Part shown: positions 54,370 through 64,000 of the stretch, in pieces
Layout: each line of letters opens with the position of its first letter
Position numbering within the stretch: position 1 is the first letter of the stretch
Assembly (NCBI GenBank): GCA_963704725.1
Contig: OY969934.1
Location: 2,880,001 to 2,944,000 of the forward strand
Length of the DNA stretch: 64,000 nucleotides
Reading direction: 5' to 3'
Source: an uncultured Actinomycetes bacterium
GTDB taxonomy: Bacteria; Actinomycetota; UBA4738; HRBIN12
Program-made: the position numbers and the translations under genes
Notes under the pieces: model-generated
Seen by the model: only the letters and a program-made list of their open reading frames with translations
Told to the model about the DNA's origin: nothing
Databases searched by the model: none

Positions 54370-57300
54370 TTACCCCACCGTGAGCATCATCAGGTCGCCG
54401 CTCAGGTTGAAGTTCGAGCCTCCGGAGCAGCTCACCCGGATCCGGACGTCGCCGGTCCCGGAGGTGTTGCTCACGAAGTCCGCGAGCGTGCCCGAGGGGC
54501 TGAGGCCCGAGATCAGGACCTCGGTGGTCCCGATCGAGCGGGTATCGAGCAGGACCCACGTGGAGTCCGTCCACCGGAAGATCGAGATCGTCTGGGTGCA
54601 GGTGGCCGAGGACTTGCCCTTGTAGGTGGCGGCGAGCGATCCGATCCCGTTGTCCACCCCGGTGAACGTGCCGTACCAGGTGGCCGTGTGACCGGTGCCG
54701 GACTTGGGGGTCCTGACGACCAGGAAGCTGTCGTCGTCGGCGTTCAGGCTGGCGGCCGATCCCCCGCCGAGCGAGCCGGACTCGATCGTGAACGAGGACG
54801 GGAACAGGTCGGTGGTGCCGCCGGAGCCGGCGAACGACGCCGTGACCGAGGCCGCCGCGTTCATCGTGACCTGGCAGGCGCCCGTCCCCGAGCACGCCCC
54901 CGACCAGCCCGAGAAGGTCGAGCCTCCGTCCGGCGTCGCGGTGAGGTCCACCACGGTCCCGGTGGTGTAGGCCTCCGAGCAGTCCCCGGGGCAGTTGATC
55001 CCGGCCGGGCTCGAGGTGACGGTCCCGGACCCGGTCCCGGCCACGGCGACCGTGAGGGTCTGGGTCCCGCCGCCCCCGGAGCCCACCGTGAGCATCATCA
55101 GGTCGCCGCTCAGGTTGAAGGTCGAGCCTCCGCTGCAGCTCACCCGGATCCGGACGTCGCCGGTCCCGGAGGTGTTGCTCACGAAGTCCGCGAGCGTGCC
55201 CGAGGGACTGAGGCCCGAGATCAGGACCTCGGTGGTCCCGATCGAGCGGGTGTCGAGCGGGACCCACGTGGAGTCCGTCCACCGGAAGATCGAGATCGTC
55301 TGGGTGCAGGTGGCCGAGGACTTGCCCTTGTAGGTGGCGGCGAGCGATCCGATCCCGTTGTCCACCCCGGTGAACGTGCCGTACCAGGTGGCCGTGTGAC
55401 CGGTGCCGGACTTGGGGGTCCTGACGACCAGGAAGCTGTCGTCGTCGGCGTTCAGGCTGGCGGCCGATCCCCCGCCGAGCGAGCCGGACTCGATCGTGAA
55501 CGAGGACGGGAACAGGTCGGTGGTGCCCCCGGAGCCGACCGTGACCGAGACGGTCGCGGCGTTGGACGTGGCGCCGTCGTCGTCGTTCACGGTGTACGTG
55601 AACGAGTCAGCGCCGGAGAAGCCGGAGTTCGGCGTGTAGGTGATGGCCCCGGTCGTGGGGTTCACGGACGTGCCGCCGCTCGCGGGCGGGCCGGCCACCG
55701 TGACCGACGACGGGACGAGCGTACCGTCGGAGTCCGTGTCGTTGCTCAGGACGTCGATCGCGACGGCGGTGTCCACCGGTGTCGTCGCCGAGTCGGCGTT
55801 GGCCATCGGCGGGACGTTGCCCCCGCCCGACGTGATCGTGAAGTCGGCGTCCGAGACGTCGAAGAAGACGTTGCCGACGGCCTCGACCTTCACGCGCGCC
55901 TGCGTCGTGGCGGTTGCCGGGAGGGTGATCGACTGCGAGCCGTCGTTCGGCGTGTTCGCCGCCAGCGTCGTCGGGAACGTCGTCCCGCCGTCCGTCGAGA
56001 GCAGGATGTTCACGTTCGCCGTGTTGATCGGCGCGGCGTTGGACCCCGCCACGTCCCACGTCACGGTCTGGCTCGACCCCCCGGGAAGGGTCACCGCCGT
56101 GTTCGGCGAGGTGACCAGGAAGGGCCCGGTGGCCGCGGCCGTCACCGTGACGTTCGCGCCGCTCACGCCCCCGGCGGCAGGGTTGTTGTCGCGCACGGTG
56201 ACGCGGAAGTTCATGGCGCGCCCGACCGTGGGAAGGAACTCGACCCAGCAGTTGAGCCCGCCGGGGAGCGCCGGGCACGTCCCGGTGTTGGCGTCGGTCT
56301 GGTTGGCCAGGACGCTGGCCATGGTGGGGAACGTCCGCGAAGGGTTCGTGGTCGGCGCGAACGATCGGAACAGCGCCCCGCTCGGCTTGCTCGCCGCGTC
56401 GAGCGTGCGGAGCGCGCCGGCGTCCATCCCCTCCCAGTCGTAGGTGATGGTGTCGCCGTCGGAATCGGACCCGGTGGCGGACAGCGTGAACGGGGTCCGC
56501 ATGGGGATCGTGAACGGCCCGCCGTTCACCGTCACGGTGGGCGGCGTGTTGCCGCTCGGCGCCGCCCCGAGGTTGCCGGGCGAGCCGGGCGTGGTGGTGT
56601 ACGCGGCGATCTCGTCGAAGCTGACCGCGGCGAAGTAGTCATCGCTGTGGAGCTGGAGGTCGTCCGTGCCGCAGATGCCGGCGTACGCCATGATCGTCGA
56701 GCCGCTGCCGGGCTCGGTCGCCGTCGAGGCGTTGCCGTTGCCCGCGCAGCTGCCCCGCGTCCCGTTGAACGAGTGGTTCCCGCCGAACTCGTGTCCCATC
56801 TCGTGGGCCACGTAGTCGATGTAGAAGGGATCGCCCGTCGGGCTGGGAAGGCCGGTCTCGCTCCGCGCCTTCTGCCCAGTCCGGCCGACGACGGCCAGGC
56901 CGGACAGCCCGCCCCCGCCCGTGGTGAAGACGTGGCCGACGTCGTAGTTGGCGTTGCCGATGACGGCGTCGATGTTGGCCTGGTTCTGGCTGAGGAGCTG
57001 GGACGGATTCGAGTTGTTGTAGGGATCGGTCGACGGGTTCAGGTAGATCAGGCTGTCGTTGTTGGCCACGAGCTCGAGTCGGACCGCGAACTCTCGCTCA
57101 TACACGCCCGTGACGCGATTCACCGCGGTGATCAGCGCGTTGTGCACGAGCGGGACCGTCCCACCCTGGAACGTCGAGTACTCGCCGTCCGCCGCCAGCG
57201 CCAGGCGATAGGTGCGCAGCTGGTCGCCCACGGTCAGCCCACCGCCCGGGGACCCCTTCGCCGCGGCCTCGGCGCGCGCGTCACGCCGCAGCTCGCGCTC

Positions 57301-57915
57301 GACGAAGTCTCCATGGGTGTTGACGGCGTCCCGCTTGAAGTAGCTGGCGTAGGCGCTCTGATCGAGGTGGTAGTAGGGGTCGATGTACCAGTCGCCGTGC
57401 GCCGACAGGACCTGGGCGTGGAACCCCGTTCGGCCGAGATCGAGGCGGATCGTGGCGGTCGGGTCGTCGATCCCCCGGCCGCTGTACGTCGTGACGAAGG
57501 GGAACCGGGCCGCGAGCGCGGGTGCGACCACGGGCGACTCCTGGACCGCGAACCGGGCGAACGGCCCGGCCGGCGTCGGGAGCGAGAGGATCAGCGGGTT
57601 CGTGCGCGCCGCTCGCGTGAACTCCATAGGCGCCGCCTCGAGCGTGCGCTTCATCGCGGCACGGTCCAGCGACAGCGCCAGGTACCGAGAGGCCGAGACG
57701 TCGGCGTTCGCGCGCTGCGGCGAGGCCGGGAGCGAGCGCAGGGCATGCCACATCGACGCCGAGCTCGCCCGCTCACTCGGGAGCGAAGGGCCCGCCTGCG
57801 CCGGGACGGCGGAGACGAGGAGTGCGGCGACGACCGCCACCACCCAGATCGTGACCGGCAGGCGCCGGCGTGAGGGCTCCTGTCCCCGGACGACGCGAAC
57901 GGACGACTCCTTCAT
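54370..57915 (-). CDS. Secreted reprolysin-like (M12B) zinc metalloprotease with Ig-like, InlB-B-like and duplicated C-terminal domains
   Basis: Signal peptide; RTYRLALAADGEY, HEMGHEFGGNH, EPGSGSTIMAY Met-turn; PMANADS..IDVLSND.D Ig repeat; TFSGWSGAC. Confidence 0.88.
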   Translation of the reverse strand: MKESSVRVVRGQEPSRRRLPVTIWVVAVVAALLVSAVPAQAGPSLPSERASSASMWHALRSLPASPQRANADVSASRYLALSLDRAAMKRTLEAAPMEFTRAARTNPLILSLPTPAGPFARFAVQESPVVAPALAARFPFVTTYSGRGIDDPTATIRLDLGRTGFHAQVLSAHGDWYIDPYYHLDQSAYASYFKRDAVNTHGDFVERELRRDARAEAAAKGSPGGGLTVGDQLRTYRLALAADGEYSTFQGGTVPLVHNALITAVNRVTGVYEREFAVRLELVANNDSLIYLNPSTDPYNNSNPSQLLSQNQANIDAVIGNANYDVGHVFTTGGGGLSGLAVVGRTGQKARSETGLPSPTGDPFYIDYVAHEMGHEFGGNHSFNGTRGSCAGNGNASTATEPGSGSTIMAYAGICGTDDLQLHSDDYFAAVSFDEIAAYTTTPGSPGNLGAAPSGNTPPTVTVNGGPFTIPMRTPFTLSATGSDSDGDTITYDWEGMDAGALRTLDAASKPSGALFRSFAPTTNPSRTFPTMASVLANQTDANTGTCPALPGGLNCWVEFLPTVGRAMNFRVTVRDNNPAAGGVSGANVTVTAAATGPFLVTSPNTAVTLPGGSSQTVTWDVAGSNAAPINTANVNILLSTDGGTTFPTTLAANTPNDGSQSITLPATATTQARVKVEAVGNVFFDVSDADFTITSGGGNVPPMANADSATTPVDTAVAIDVLSNDTDSDGTLVPSSVTVAGPPASGGTSVNPTTGAITYTPNSGFSGADSFTYTVNDDDGATSNAATVSVTVGSGGTTDLFPSSFTIESGSLGGGSAASLNADDDSFLVVRTPKSGTGHTATWYGTFTGVDNGIGSLAATYKGKSSATCTQTISIFRWTDSTWVPLDTRSIGTTEVLISGLSPSGTLADFVSNTSGTGDVRIRVSCSGGSTFNLSGDLMMLTVGSGGGGTQTLTVAVAGTGSGTVTSSPAGINCPGDCSEAYTTGTVVDLTATPDGGSTFSGWSGACSGTGACQVTMNAAASVTASFAGSGGTTDLFPSSFTIESGSLGGGSAASLNADDDSFLVVRTPKSGTGHTATWYGTFTGVDNGIGSLAATYKGKSSATCTQTISIFRWTDSTWVLLDTRSIGTTEVLISGLSPSGTLADFVSNTSGTGDVRIRVSCSGGSNFNLSGDLMMLTVG
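54374..55537. repeat. Near-identical 456-bp direct repeat (54374-54829 and 55082-55537)
   Basis: Copies offset by 708 bp; fewer than ten mismatches seen by eye. Confidence 0.95.
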
Positions 57916-58093
57916 GCTTTTCCCCCTTCGAGTGACGCGGGCGGCCCGACGCAGACCGGCCCTGCAGCGTACCCGGCACGCCACGGAACCGGAACCAGCC
58001 GGATGGGGGCGAAATCTACCGCGAACGACCTACCGGGCGCCAGCGCCCCGCCTTCGGCGCCGAATCCACCACTCGCGCTGCTAGGTTCCCGGC

Positions 58094-58882
58094 GTGTCCG
58101 GCGACCTCGACCTGGAGTCCCTGTCCCTTGCGGCGGCCGAGGCCGCCCGCGTGGGCGGCCGGGTGATCCTGGACGGAGCCGGCTCGGCGGCCCCGGAGAT
58201 CAAGGGGGCGGGCGACTACGTGACCGAGGTCGATCGGGCGAGCGAGCGGGCCATCATGGCCTCGCTCGACCGGGCGGCGCCGGGGATCCCCGTCGTCGGC
58301 GAGGAGACCGGCGGCGACCGGGGCGACCGATGGTGGGTGGTCGACCCGCTGGACGGAACGACCAACTTCATCCACGGGTTCCCCGCGGTGGCCGTCTCGG
58401 TGGCGCTCGTCGACGGCGGGCGGCCGGTCGTGGGCGCCGTCCACGCTCCGTTCCTCGGCGAGACCTACCACGCGGCCCGAGGGTCCGGGGCGATCGTGGT
58501 CCGCGCCGACGGCCGGATCGACCGGCTCGCCGTCTCCGAGCGTGCCGTGGAGCGCGCCGTCGTCGGCACCGGCTTCCCGTTCCGGCGCAAGGATCTCCTG
58601 CCCAGGTACCTCGCGACGATGTCCGGGGCGCTCCGGCGGTTCGAGGACCTCCGCCGGCCGGGCGCGGCGGCGCTCGACCTGGCCTGGGTGGCGGCCGGCG
58701 TCTTCGACGGGTTCTTCGAGCTGGCCCTGAACGCCTGGGACGTGGCCGCGGGCGCCCTGCTCATCGAGGAGGCCGGCGGCGTGGTCACGGACTGGGAAGG
58801 CGGCCCCGGCTACCTCTCGGGCGACATCCTGGCCGGCTCCGCGGCGGTCCACGCGGCGCTGCTCGCGCTCGCCGAGCCGTGA
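58094..58882 (+). CDS. Inositol monophosphatase family protein
   Basis: GEE, WVVDPLDGTTNF, WDVAAG. Confidence 0.93.
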   Translation: MSGDLDLESLSLAAAEAARVGGRVILDGAGSAAPEIKGAGDYVTEVDRASERAIMASLDRAAPGIPVVGEETGGDRGDRWWVVDPLDGTTNFIHGFPAVAVSVALVDGGRPVVGAVHAPFLGETYHAARGSGAIVVRADGRIDRLAVSERAVERAVVGTGFPFRRKDLLPRYLATMSGALRRFEDLRRPGAAALDLAWVAAGVFDGFFELALNAWDVAAGALLIEEAGGVVTDWEGGPGYLSGDILAGSAAVHAALLALAEP

Positions 58883-59445
58883 GGTGGCGGCGGAGGGGCC
58901 ACGACGACCTCCGCCGGTGGGCGGAGGATCTGTCCGCCCGTCACGGCGCGGCGATCGCGTCGCTCGTCGGCCGCTCGACCGTCCCCGAGATCCGCGTCGA
59001 GGTGTCCCCCGCCGGCGAGTGGGCGGCGTGGACGAGCGGGCGAACGGTGACCCTGAACGCCGGCTGGTTCGCCCGGCACCCGGACGACGTCGGCGGCCTC
59101 CTGCACGAGGTCGCCCACGCCGTGATGGAGGCGCCGGGGCAGGCCGGGACCTCGTGGCTCATCGAGGGCATCGCGGACTACGTGCGGGACGCGCTCGGCT
59201 TCGACGCCTCCTGGACGTTCGCCCACCACGAGCCGGGCATGGCCACGGCGGGGTACCAGACGACCGCGCACTTCCTGCTCTGGTTCGAGGCGCGACGCCC
59301 CGGGACCGTCGCCGAGATCGCGCGGCGGCTCTCGGCCGGGACCTATCACCCCGACGTGTTCGAGGAGCTCTGCGGTGCTCCGCTCGAGGCCCTCGTCGAC
59401 GCGTACGACCGAGACGCGGGCGGAACGGGTGGAGGGCCGGGGTAG
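58879..59445 (+). CDS. BSP-like (basic secretory protein) zinc peptidase
   Basis: LLHEVAH, WLIEGIADYVR, GYQTTAHFLLW; GTGA overlap with the IMPase stop. Confidence 0.78.
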   Translation: MRWRRRGHDDLRRWAEDLSARHGAAIASLVGRSTVPEIRVEVSPAGEWAAWTSGRTVTLNAGWFARHPDDVGGLLHEVAHAVMEAPGQAGTSWLIEGIADYVRDALGFDASWTFAHHEPGMATAGYQTTAHFLLWFEARRPGTVAEIARRLSAGTYHPDVFEELCGAPLEALVDAYDRDAGGTGGGPG

Positions 59446-59472
59446 CCGGCCCTCCACCGCGTCGTCGAACGC

Positions 59473-61314
59473 TTACCCGAGTGGGACCTTGGCGTAGTAG
59501 ATGTCAGCCTCCGGAACCCCGAGGTTCCGGCCCCGCGAGTCCGCCCACACCATGTGGACGAAGCCGCCCGTGGCCTGGATCGACATGTAGTCGCCGAGGA
59601 ACCCGCACTGGGCCGGGTTGGCCGCGCAGGTCACGTTGGGCATCGAGCCCGTCGTCACGCGCCGGTAGGTCCACGTGTCGCCGGTCGTCGAGCTCGCGAG
59701 GGTGATGTCGTTGCAGCCGGTGGCCTCGCAACCGCCGTAGCCCCGGTCGTAGTACCCGACGTAGAGCCGGCCGTCCTCGCCGACGTCGCCCCAGTTCTGC
59801 CACTGGGCCGAGGTCGAGTCGGCGGCCGAGACGAGCTGCGGACCGGACCACGTCGCACCGCCGTCCGTCGACACCGAGGCGAAGACGTCGTTGTTGATGG
59901 TGTCGCACGGAAGCGCGGGGACCCCGAACGTGGGGTCGGTGGCGCACGGCCCGCCGTTGCGGAAGTCCGACCAGAACACGGCCAGGCGACCCGTCGTCTC
60001 GTCGATCCCCATGGACGGGAAGTCACTCATCCGGTAGCCATTGGGCGGCAGGCACTGCCGGAACAACGGACAGTCGGTGATCTCGTTGCCCGGCAGGCTG
60101 TACGGCTGGGTGGCGACGTCGTCTCCGGCGACCACCGGGGCCGTCCAGGTCAGTCCCCCGTCGGACGACTTGACCACCATCTGCTGGCACGCGACGAGCC
60201 CGCCGAGCGGAGCGCCCTCCGGCGTGTTGCAGTTGTTGAAGGTCACGTAGACCGTTCCGTCCGGTCCGACCACCGGGAACGAGCCCTGGTCGAAGTTGCA
60301 CGAGTCGGGCGCGATCGTCGGGTCGAAGAAGTCGCCGCCCACGCAGTCCGACGAGTTCCCGCTGATCTGGAGCGGATCGCTCCAGTTCACCCCGCCGTCC
60401 TCGGACCGGGAGATGAAGATCGGACTCTCCAGGTACAGGCCGGTGTCGTCGAACCGGAAGATCGTCCACGTGAGGTAGACGTTGTCGACGAAGGGGCTGC
60501 CGGGGTGCGAGTCGGCCGCCATCAGGTTCTTGTCGTCAGAGAGCAGACCGTTGTCGAAGTTGTCCCGGACCACGATCGGCGTCGCGTTCAGCGGCGCGAC
60601 GAACGGGTCACACCCGCCCGAGCCGGGCGTGTGCAGCGCCGAGCCGTCGAGGCACGTGTTCGACTTCCACACGACCATGGCGGAGGCCCCGTCCTGGAAG
60701 GCGTCGAACGCGACCGCCGAGTAGTACAGGTTGCCCTGAGAGTCGAAGGTCTGCGCCGGGTCGCTGTAGGCGTCGAACGACCACTGCCCGCCCGGCACGT
60801 TGCCCATGGCCACCCGGCCGTTCGGCAGCTCGGAGTCCCCCCAGTGCCGCCCGCCGTCCAGCGAGAAGTCCACCGCGGTGCGGTTGCCGAAGAACTTCGA
60901 GTCGTTCTGGCCGGCGACGATGACGTTGGGGTTGGTGGGATCGACGGCGACCCACTCCTCGGCCTGCTGGCGGAACCCGCAGTCCTGGTTCACACGGACG
61001 TTGTCCGGGATCGGCCCCTTGCCCTTGAAGACGAACGGGCAGCCGTACGTGGAGATCCTGGGCGCGGTGCCCGCGGCAGGCGCGGCCGCCGGGGCCGACC
61101 GTGCGAGCAGCTCCTGGACGGTCTGCTCGAACCCGGCCGACGGCGCCGGCACGAACCGGCCGTTCGGCAGGCGCTGGGGCGCCCTCCCGGCCGCCGCACG
61201 CTGGGCCTGCAGGACGAGCGGGCTCCGGTGTACGGCGGGGCCGGAGACCCCTTGGGGCACGTAGACGATGAGGAGCGCGATCACGGCCGCGGCCGCGAGC
61301 ACCACCCTTCGCAT
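59473..61314 (-). CDS. Secreted Asp-box (BNR) beta-propeller, sialidase-like
   Basis: Signal peptide; SLDGGRHW, SEDGGVNW, SSDGGLTW, STDGGATW; FLGDY. Confidence 0.82.
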   Translation of the reverse strand: MRRVVLAAAAVIALLIVYVPQGVSGPAVHRSPLVLQAQRAAAGRAPQRLPNGRFVPAPSAGFEQTVQELLARSAPAAAPAAGTAPRISTYGCPFVFKGKGPIPDNVRVNQDCGFRQQAEEWVAVDPTNPNVIVAGQNDSKFFGNRTAVDFSLDGGRHWGDSELPNGRVAMGNVPGGQWSFDAYSDPAQTFDSQGNLYYSAVAFDAFQDGASAMVVWKSNTCLDGSALHTPGSGGCDPFVAPLNATPIVVRDNFDNGLLSDDKNLMAADSHPGSPFVDNVYLTWTIFRFDDTGLYLESPIFISRSEDGGVNWSDPLQISGNSSDCVGGDFFDPTIAPDSCNFDQGSFPVVGPDGTVYVTFNNCNTPEGAPLGGLVACQQMVVKSSDGGLTWTAPVVAGDDVATQPYSLPGNEITDCPLFRQCLPPNGYRMSDFPSMGIDETTGRLAVFWSDFRNGGPCATDPTFGVPALPCDTINNDVFASVSTDGGATWSGPQLVSAADSTSAQWQNWGDVGEDGRLYVGYYDRGYGGCEATGCNDITLASSTTGDTWTYRRVTTGSMPNVTCAANPAQCGFLGDYMSIQATGGFVHMVWADSRGRNLGVPEADIYYAKVPLG

Positions 61315-61473
61315 GCTTCCTCCTCTCGAGACGGCGCGGGCACCAGAGTGATCGAGCGTGCGGATCGGATCCCCAGGGGCATCCCCCTCTCCCGGACGAA
61401 GGACAACAGAGAGTCCCCCGTTCGCGCTCCGTGCAAACCCCTCCGCCCGGGTGGGGCCGATGGGCATACGACG

Positions 61474-61505
61474 GAAAGAGCCGGGCGGCTTTCGCCGCCC
61501 GGCTC
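61474..61505 (-). terminator. Intrinsic terminator after rpoC
   Basis: gagccgggcggc-gaaa-gccgcccggctc followed by ttt on the minus strand. Confidence 0.85.
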
Positions 61506-61528
61506 CGACCTACCGTGTCGCGGGAGTC

Positions 61529-64000
61529 CTACTCCTCGGGCGCGTACGAGCCGCCGAGCATGCGCTCGGCCTCCTCGCGGGTGAGCCCCGCCAGGACCGG
61601 CTCGCGAGGCTCGCCGGCCTCGGCCGCCTGCTCGGCGAGCTCCCGCTGGCGGGCCAGCCAGTACTCGGGGATCGCCTCGGGCTTGACCTTCACGCCCACG
61701 TTCCGGTAGCGGCCCATGCCCGTGCCGGCCGGGATCAGCTTGCCGATGATCACGTTCTCCTTCAGCCCGAGCAGGCCGTCGGACTTCCCGGCGATCGCGG
61801 CCTCGGTCAGCACTCGGGTCGTCTCCTGGAAGGAGGCGGCCGAGAGCCACGAGTCGGTGGCGAGCGAGGCCTTCGTGATCCCGAGCAGCTGCGGACGGGC
61901 CGTGGCCGGCTGGCTACCGCTCTCGACGGTGTCACGGTTCGTCGCCTCGAAGCGGCGCCGGTCGACGAGGTCGCCCGGCAGGAACGTGGTGTCACCCGGC
62001 TCGATGATCTGCACCTTGCGGAGCATCTGCCGCACGATCAGCTCGATGTGCTTGTCGTGGATCGTGACGCCCTGGCTCCGGTACACCTGCTGGACCTCCT
62101 CCACCAGGTGCTGCTGGAGCGCCTGGACGCCCTCGATCCGCAGCTTCTCGTGGGGGTTCACCGAACCCTCCGTGAGCTGCTGACCGACGTCCACGGCCTC
62201 GTTGTCGCCGACGAGGAGCCGGGCGCGGAACCCCACCTTGTACTGCACCTGGTCGCCGTCCTCGGACGTGACCGTGAGGCGCCGCTCCTTCTTCTCCTCG
62301 TCGTCCTCGATCAGGACGGTCCCCGGCAGCTCGGTGATGAGCGCCTCGCCCTTGGGCCGGCGCGCCTCGAACAGCTCGACCACGCGCGGCAGGCCGTGCG
62401 TGATGTCCTCGCCCGCCACGCCGCCGGTGTGGAAGGTCCGCATCGTGAGCTGCGTGCCCGGCTCACCGATCGACTGGGCCGCGACGATCCCGACCGACTC
62501 CCCGATGTCCACCAGCCGGCCGGTGGCGAGCGACCACCCGTAGCACAGCCGGCACACGCCGTACTCGGCCTCGCACGTGGTGGCCGAACGGACGCGCACC
62601 GTGTCCACCCCGGCCTCGACCAGCCTCGCGCCGAGGGCGTCGTCGATCTCGTCGCCCTTGGAGGCGATCTTCTTCTTGTTCTCGCCCTTGACATCCTCGG
62701 CCAGCACGCGCCCGAACAGCGACGTGTCCAGGTGGGCGTTCGGCTCCCGGGTGTCGCGGGGCGTCTCGTACGTCACGGGCACCGGGATGGACCGGTCGGT
62801 CCCGCAGTCGTCCTCGCGGACGATGAGCTCCTGCGAGACGTCCACCAGCCGACGCGTGAGGTAGCCGGAGTCGGCCGTCCGCAGCGCCGTGTCCGCCAGG
62901 CCCTTGCGGGCGCCGTGGGTCGAGATGAAGTACTCGAGCACGGACAGGCCCTCGCGGAAGTTGGACTTGATCGGCCGCGGGATGATCTCGCCCTTGGGGT
63001 TGGCCACCAGGCCCCGCATGCCGGCGATCTGCCGGATCTGCATGATGTTCCCCCGGGCGCCCGAGTTGGCCATCATGTAGATGGGGTTGGTCTTGCCGAA
63101 CTGGGCCTCCATGGCGTCCTTCACGTCGTCGGTCGCCTTGGTCCAGATCTCGATCAGCTCCTGGCGGCGCTCGTCGTCCGTGATGATGCCCTTGCGGTAC
63201 TGCGACTCGATCTTGGACGCGTGCGCCTCGTGCAGGTCGAGGATCTTCTGCTTGTCCGGAGGCGTCGTGACGTCCTCGACCCCCAGCGTGACGCCGGCGC
63301 GCGTGGCGTAGTGGAAGCCGACGTTCTTGAGGTTGTCGAGGATCTCCTCGACCTGCGTGCGGTCGTACCGATGCACGCAGGCGTCGACGAGCCGGCCGAC
63401 GTCGCCCTTCATGAGCGGCCGGTTCACGAACTCCTCGGTGTCGGGGAAGCACTGGTTGAAGATGATCCGCCCGACCGTGGTCTCGACCAGCGGGACCCGG
63501 GTCCCGTTGCCCTCCTGGTCGACCTCGACCGTCTCGGGCAGCATGTCGGCCGGCAGCGACTTGCCCGGCAGCCGGATCTTCACCACGGTGTGGAGCTTCA
63601 CGAGCTTGTGGTCCAGCGCCATCATCGCCTCGTCGACCGAGGAGAACCGAGGGATGTCCTCGTCCTTGGCGGGACGCTCCGGCTCGATCGTCAGGTAGTA
63701 GATCCCGAGGATCATGTCCTGGGTCGGCACGGCGATCGGTCGCCCGTGGGCGGGCGACAGGATGTTGTTGGTCGACAGCATCAGGATCCGCGCCTCGGCC
63801 TGTGCCTCGGCGGACAGCGGGACGTGGACGGCCATCTGGTCGCCGTCGAAGTCCGCGTTGAACGCGGTGCAGACGAGGGGGTGGATCTGGATGGCCTTGC
63901 CCTCGACCAGCACCGGCTCGAAGGCCTGGATGCCGAGGCGGTGCAGGGTCGGCGCCCGGTTCAGCAGCACCGGGTGCTCCTTGATGACCTCCTCGAGCAC
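61529..64000 (-). CDS. rpoC: RNA polymerase beta' subunit, 3' part (runs off window end)
   Basis: [37 protein letters not shown]. Confidence 0.99.
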   Translation of the reverse strand: MLEEVIKEHPVLLNRAPTLHRLGIQAFEPVLVEGKAIQIHPLVCTAFNADFDGDQMAVHVPLSAEAQAEARILMLSTNNILSPAHGRPIAVPTQDMILGIYYLTIEPERPAKDEDIPRFSSVDEAMMALDHKLVKLHTVVKIRLPGKSLPADMLPETVEVDQEGNGTRVPLVETTVGRIIFNQCFPDTEEFVNRPLMKGDVGRLVDACVHRYDRTQVEEILDNLKNVGFHYATRAGVTLGVEDVTTPPDKQKILDLHEAHASKIESQYRKGIITDDERRQELIEIWTKATDDVKDAMEAQFGKTNPIYMMANSGARGNIMQIRQIAGMRGLVANPKGEIIPRPIKSNFREGLSVLEYFISTHGARKGLADTALRTADSGYLTRRLVDVSQELIVREDDCGTDRSIPVPVTYETPRDTREPNAHLDTSLFGRVLAEDVKGENKKKIASKGDEIDDALGARLVEAGVDTVRVRSATTCEAEYGVCRLCYGWSLATGRLVDIGESVGIVAAQSIGEPGTQLTMRTFHTGGVAGEDITHGLPRVVELFEARRPKGEALITELPGTVLIEDDEEKKERRLTVTSEDGDQVQYKVGFRARLLVGDNEAVDVGQQLTEGSVNPHEKLRIEGVQALQQHLVEEVQQVYRSQGVTIHDKHIELIVRQMLRKVQIIEPGDTTFLPGDLVDRRRFEATNRDTVESGSQPATARPQLLGITKASLATDSWLSAASFQETTRVLTEAAIAGKSDGLLGLKENVIIGKLIPAGTGMGRYRNVGVKVKPEAIPEYWLARQRELAEQAAEAGEPREPVLAGLTREEAERMLGGSYAPEE

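Noticed and set aside
54130-57873. 1247-aa plus-strand ORF and other long antisense ORFs (e.g. 27289..29994, 40264..42474)
   Set aside because: Antisense shadows of real genes, rich in Arg/Gly/Ala and lacking motifs; expected at high GC3.

Overview
High-GC bacterial chromosome segment, very likely Actinomycetota (inferred from gene order, GTG/GTGA-coupled starts and leaderless promoters). The backbone is on the minus strand: rpoC (3' part), then rpsL-rpsG-fusA-tuf, the S10/spc/alpha ribosomal operons (no rpsD), truA, rplM-rpsI, glmM, and glmS-acpS-nnrE/D-alr-hydrolase-P1 peptidase-udg-tsaE-tsaB-rimI-tsaD. Accessory DNA interrupts it in four ways. (i) About 18 kb lies between rpoC and rpsL, holding a partly decayed glycan island (gmd, fcl, second gmd, flippase, glycosyl- and methyltransferases, several frameshifts and remnants), a secreted M12B protease with a recent internal duplication, an IMPase-BSP peptidase pair and an Asp-box protein. 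(ii) A DivIVA-domain gene and a SatP-like gene sit inside the ribosomal cluster. (iii) An arsenic module between rpsI and glmM has an unannotated 54-aa Cys-rich ORF, arsR and arsM behind two palindromic operators. (iv) Two large secreted proteins (GH26-like with a Pro-Ser linker, and a PKD protein) lie between glmM and glmS. Several ribosomal proteins carry long low-complexity tails: basic on L13, acidic on L29 and S3. I found no rRNA, tRNA, CRISPR array, transposase or integrase. All product calls come from motif recognition, not database searches.
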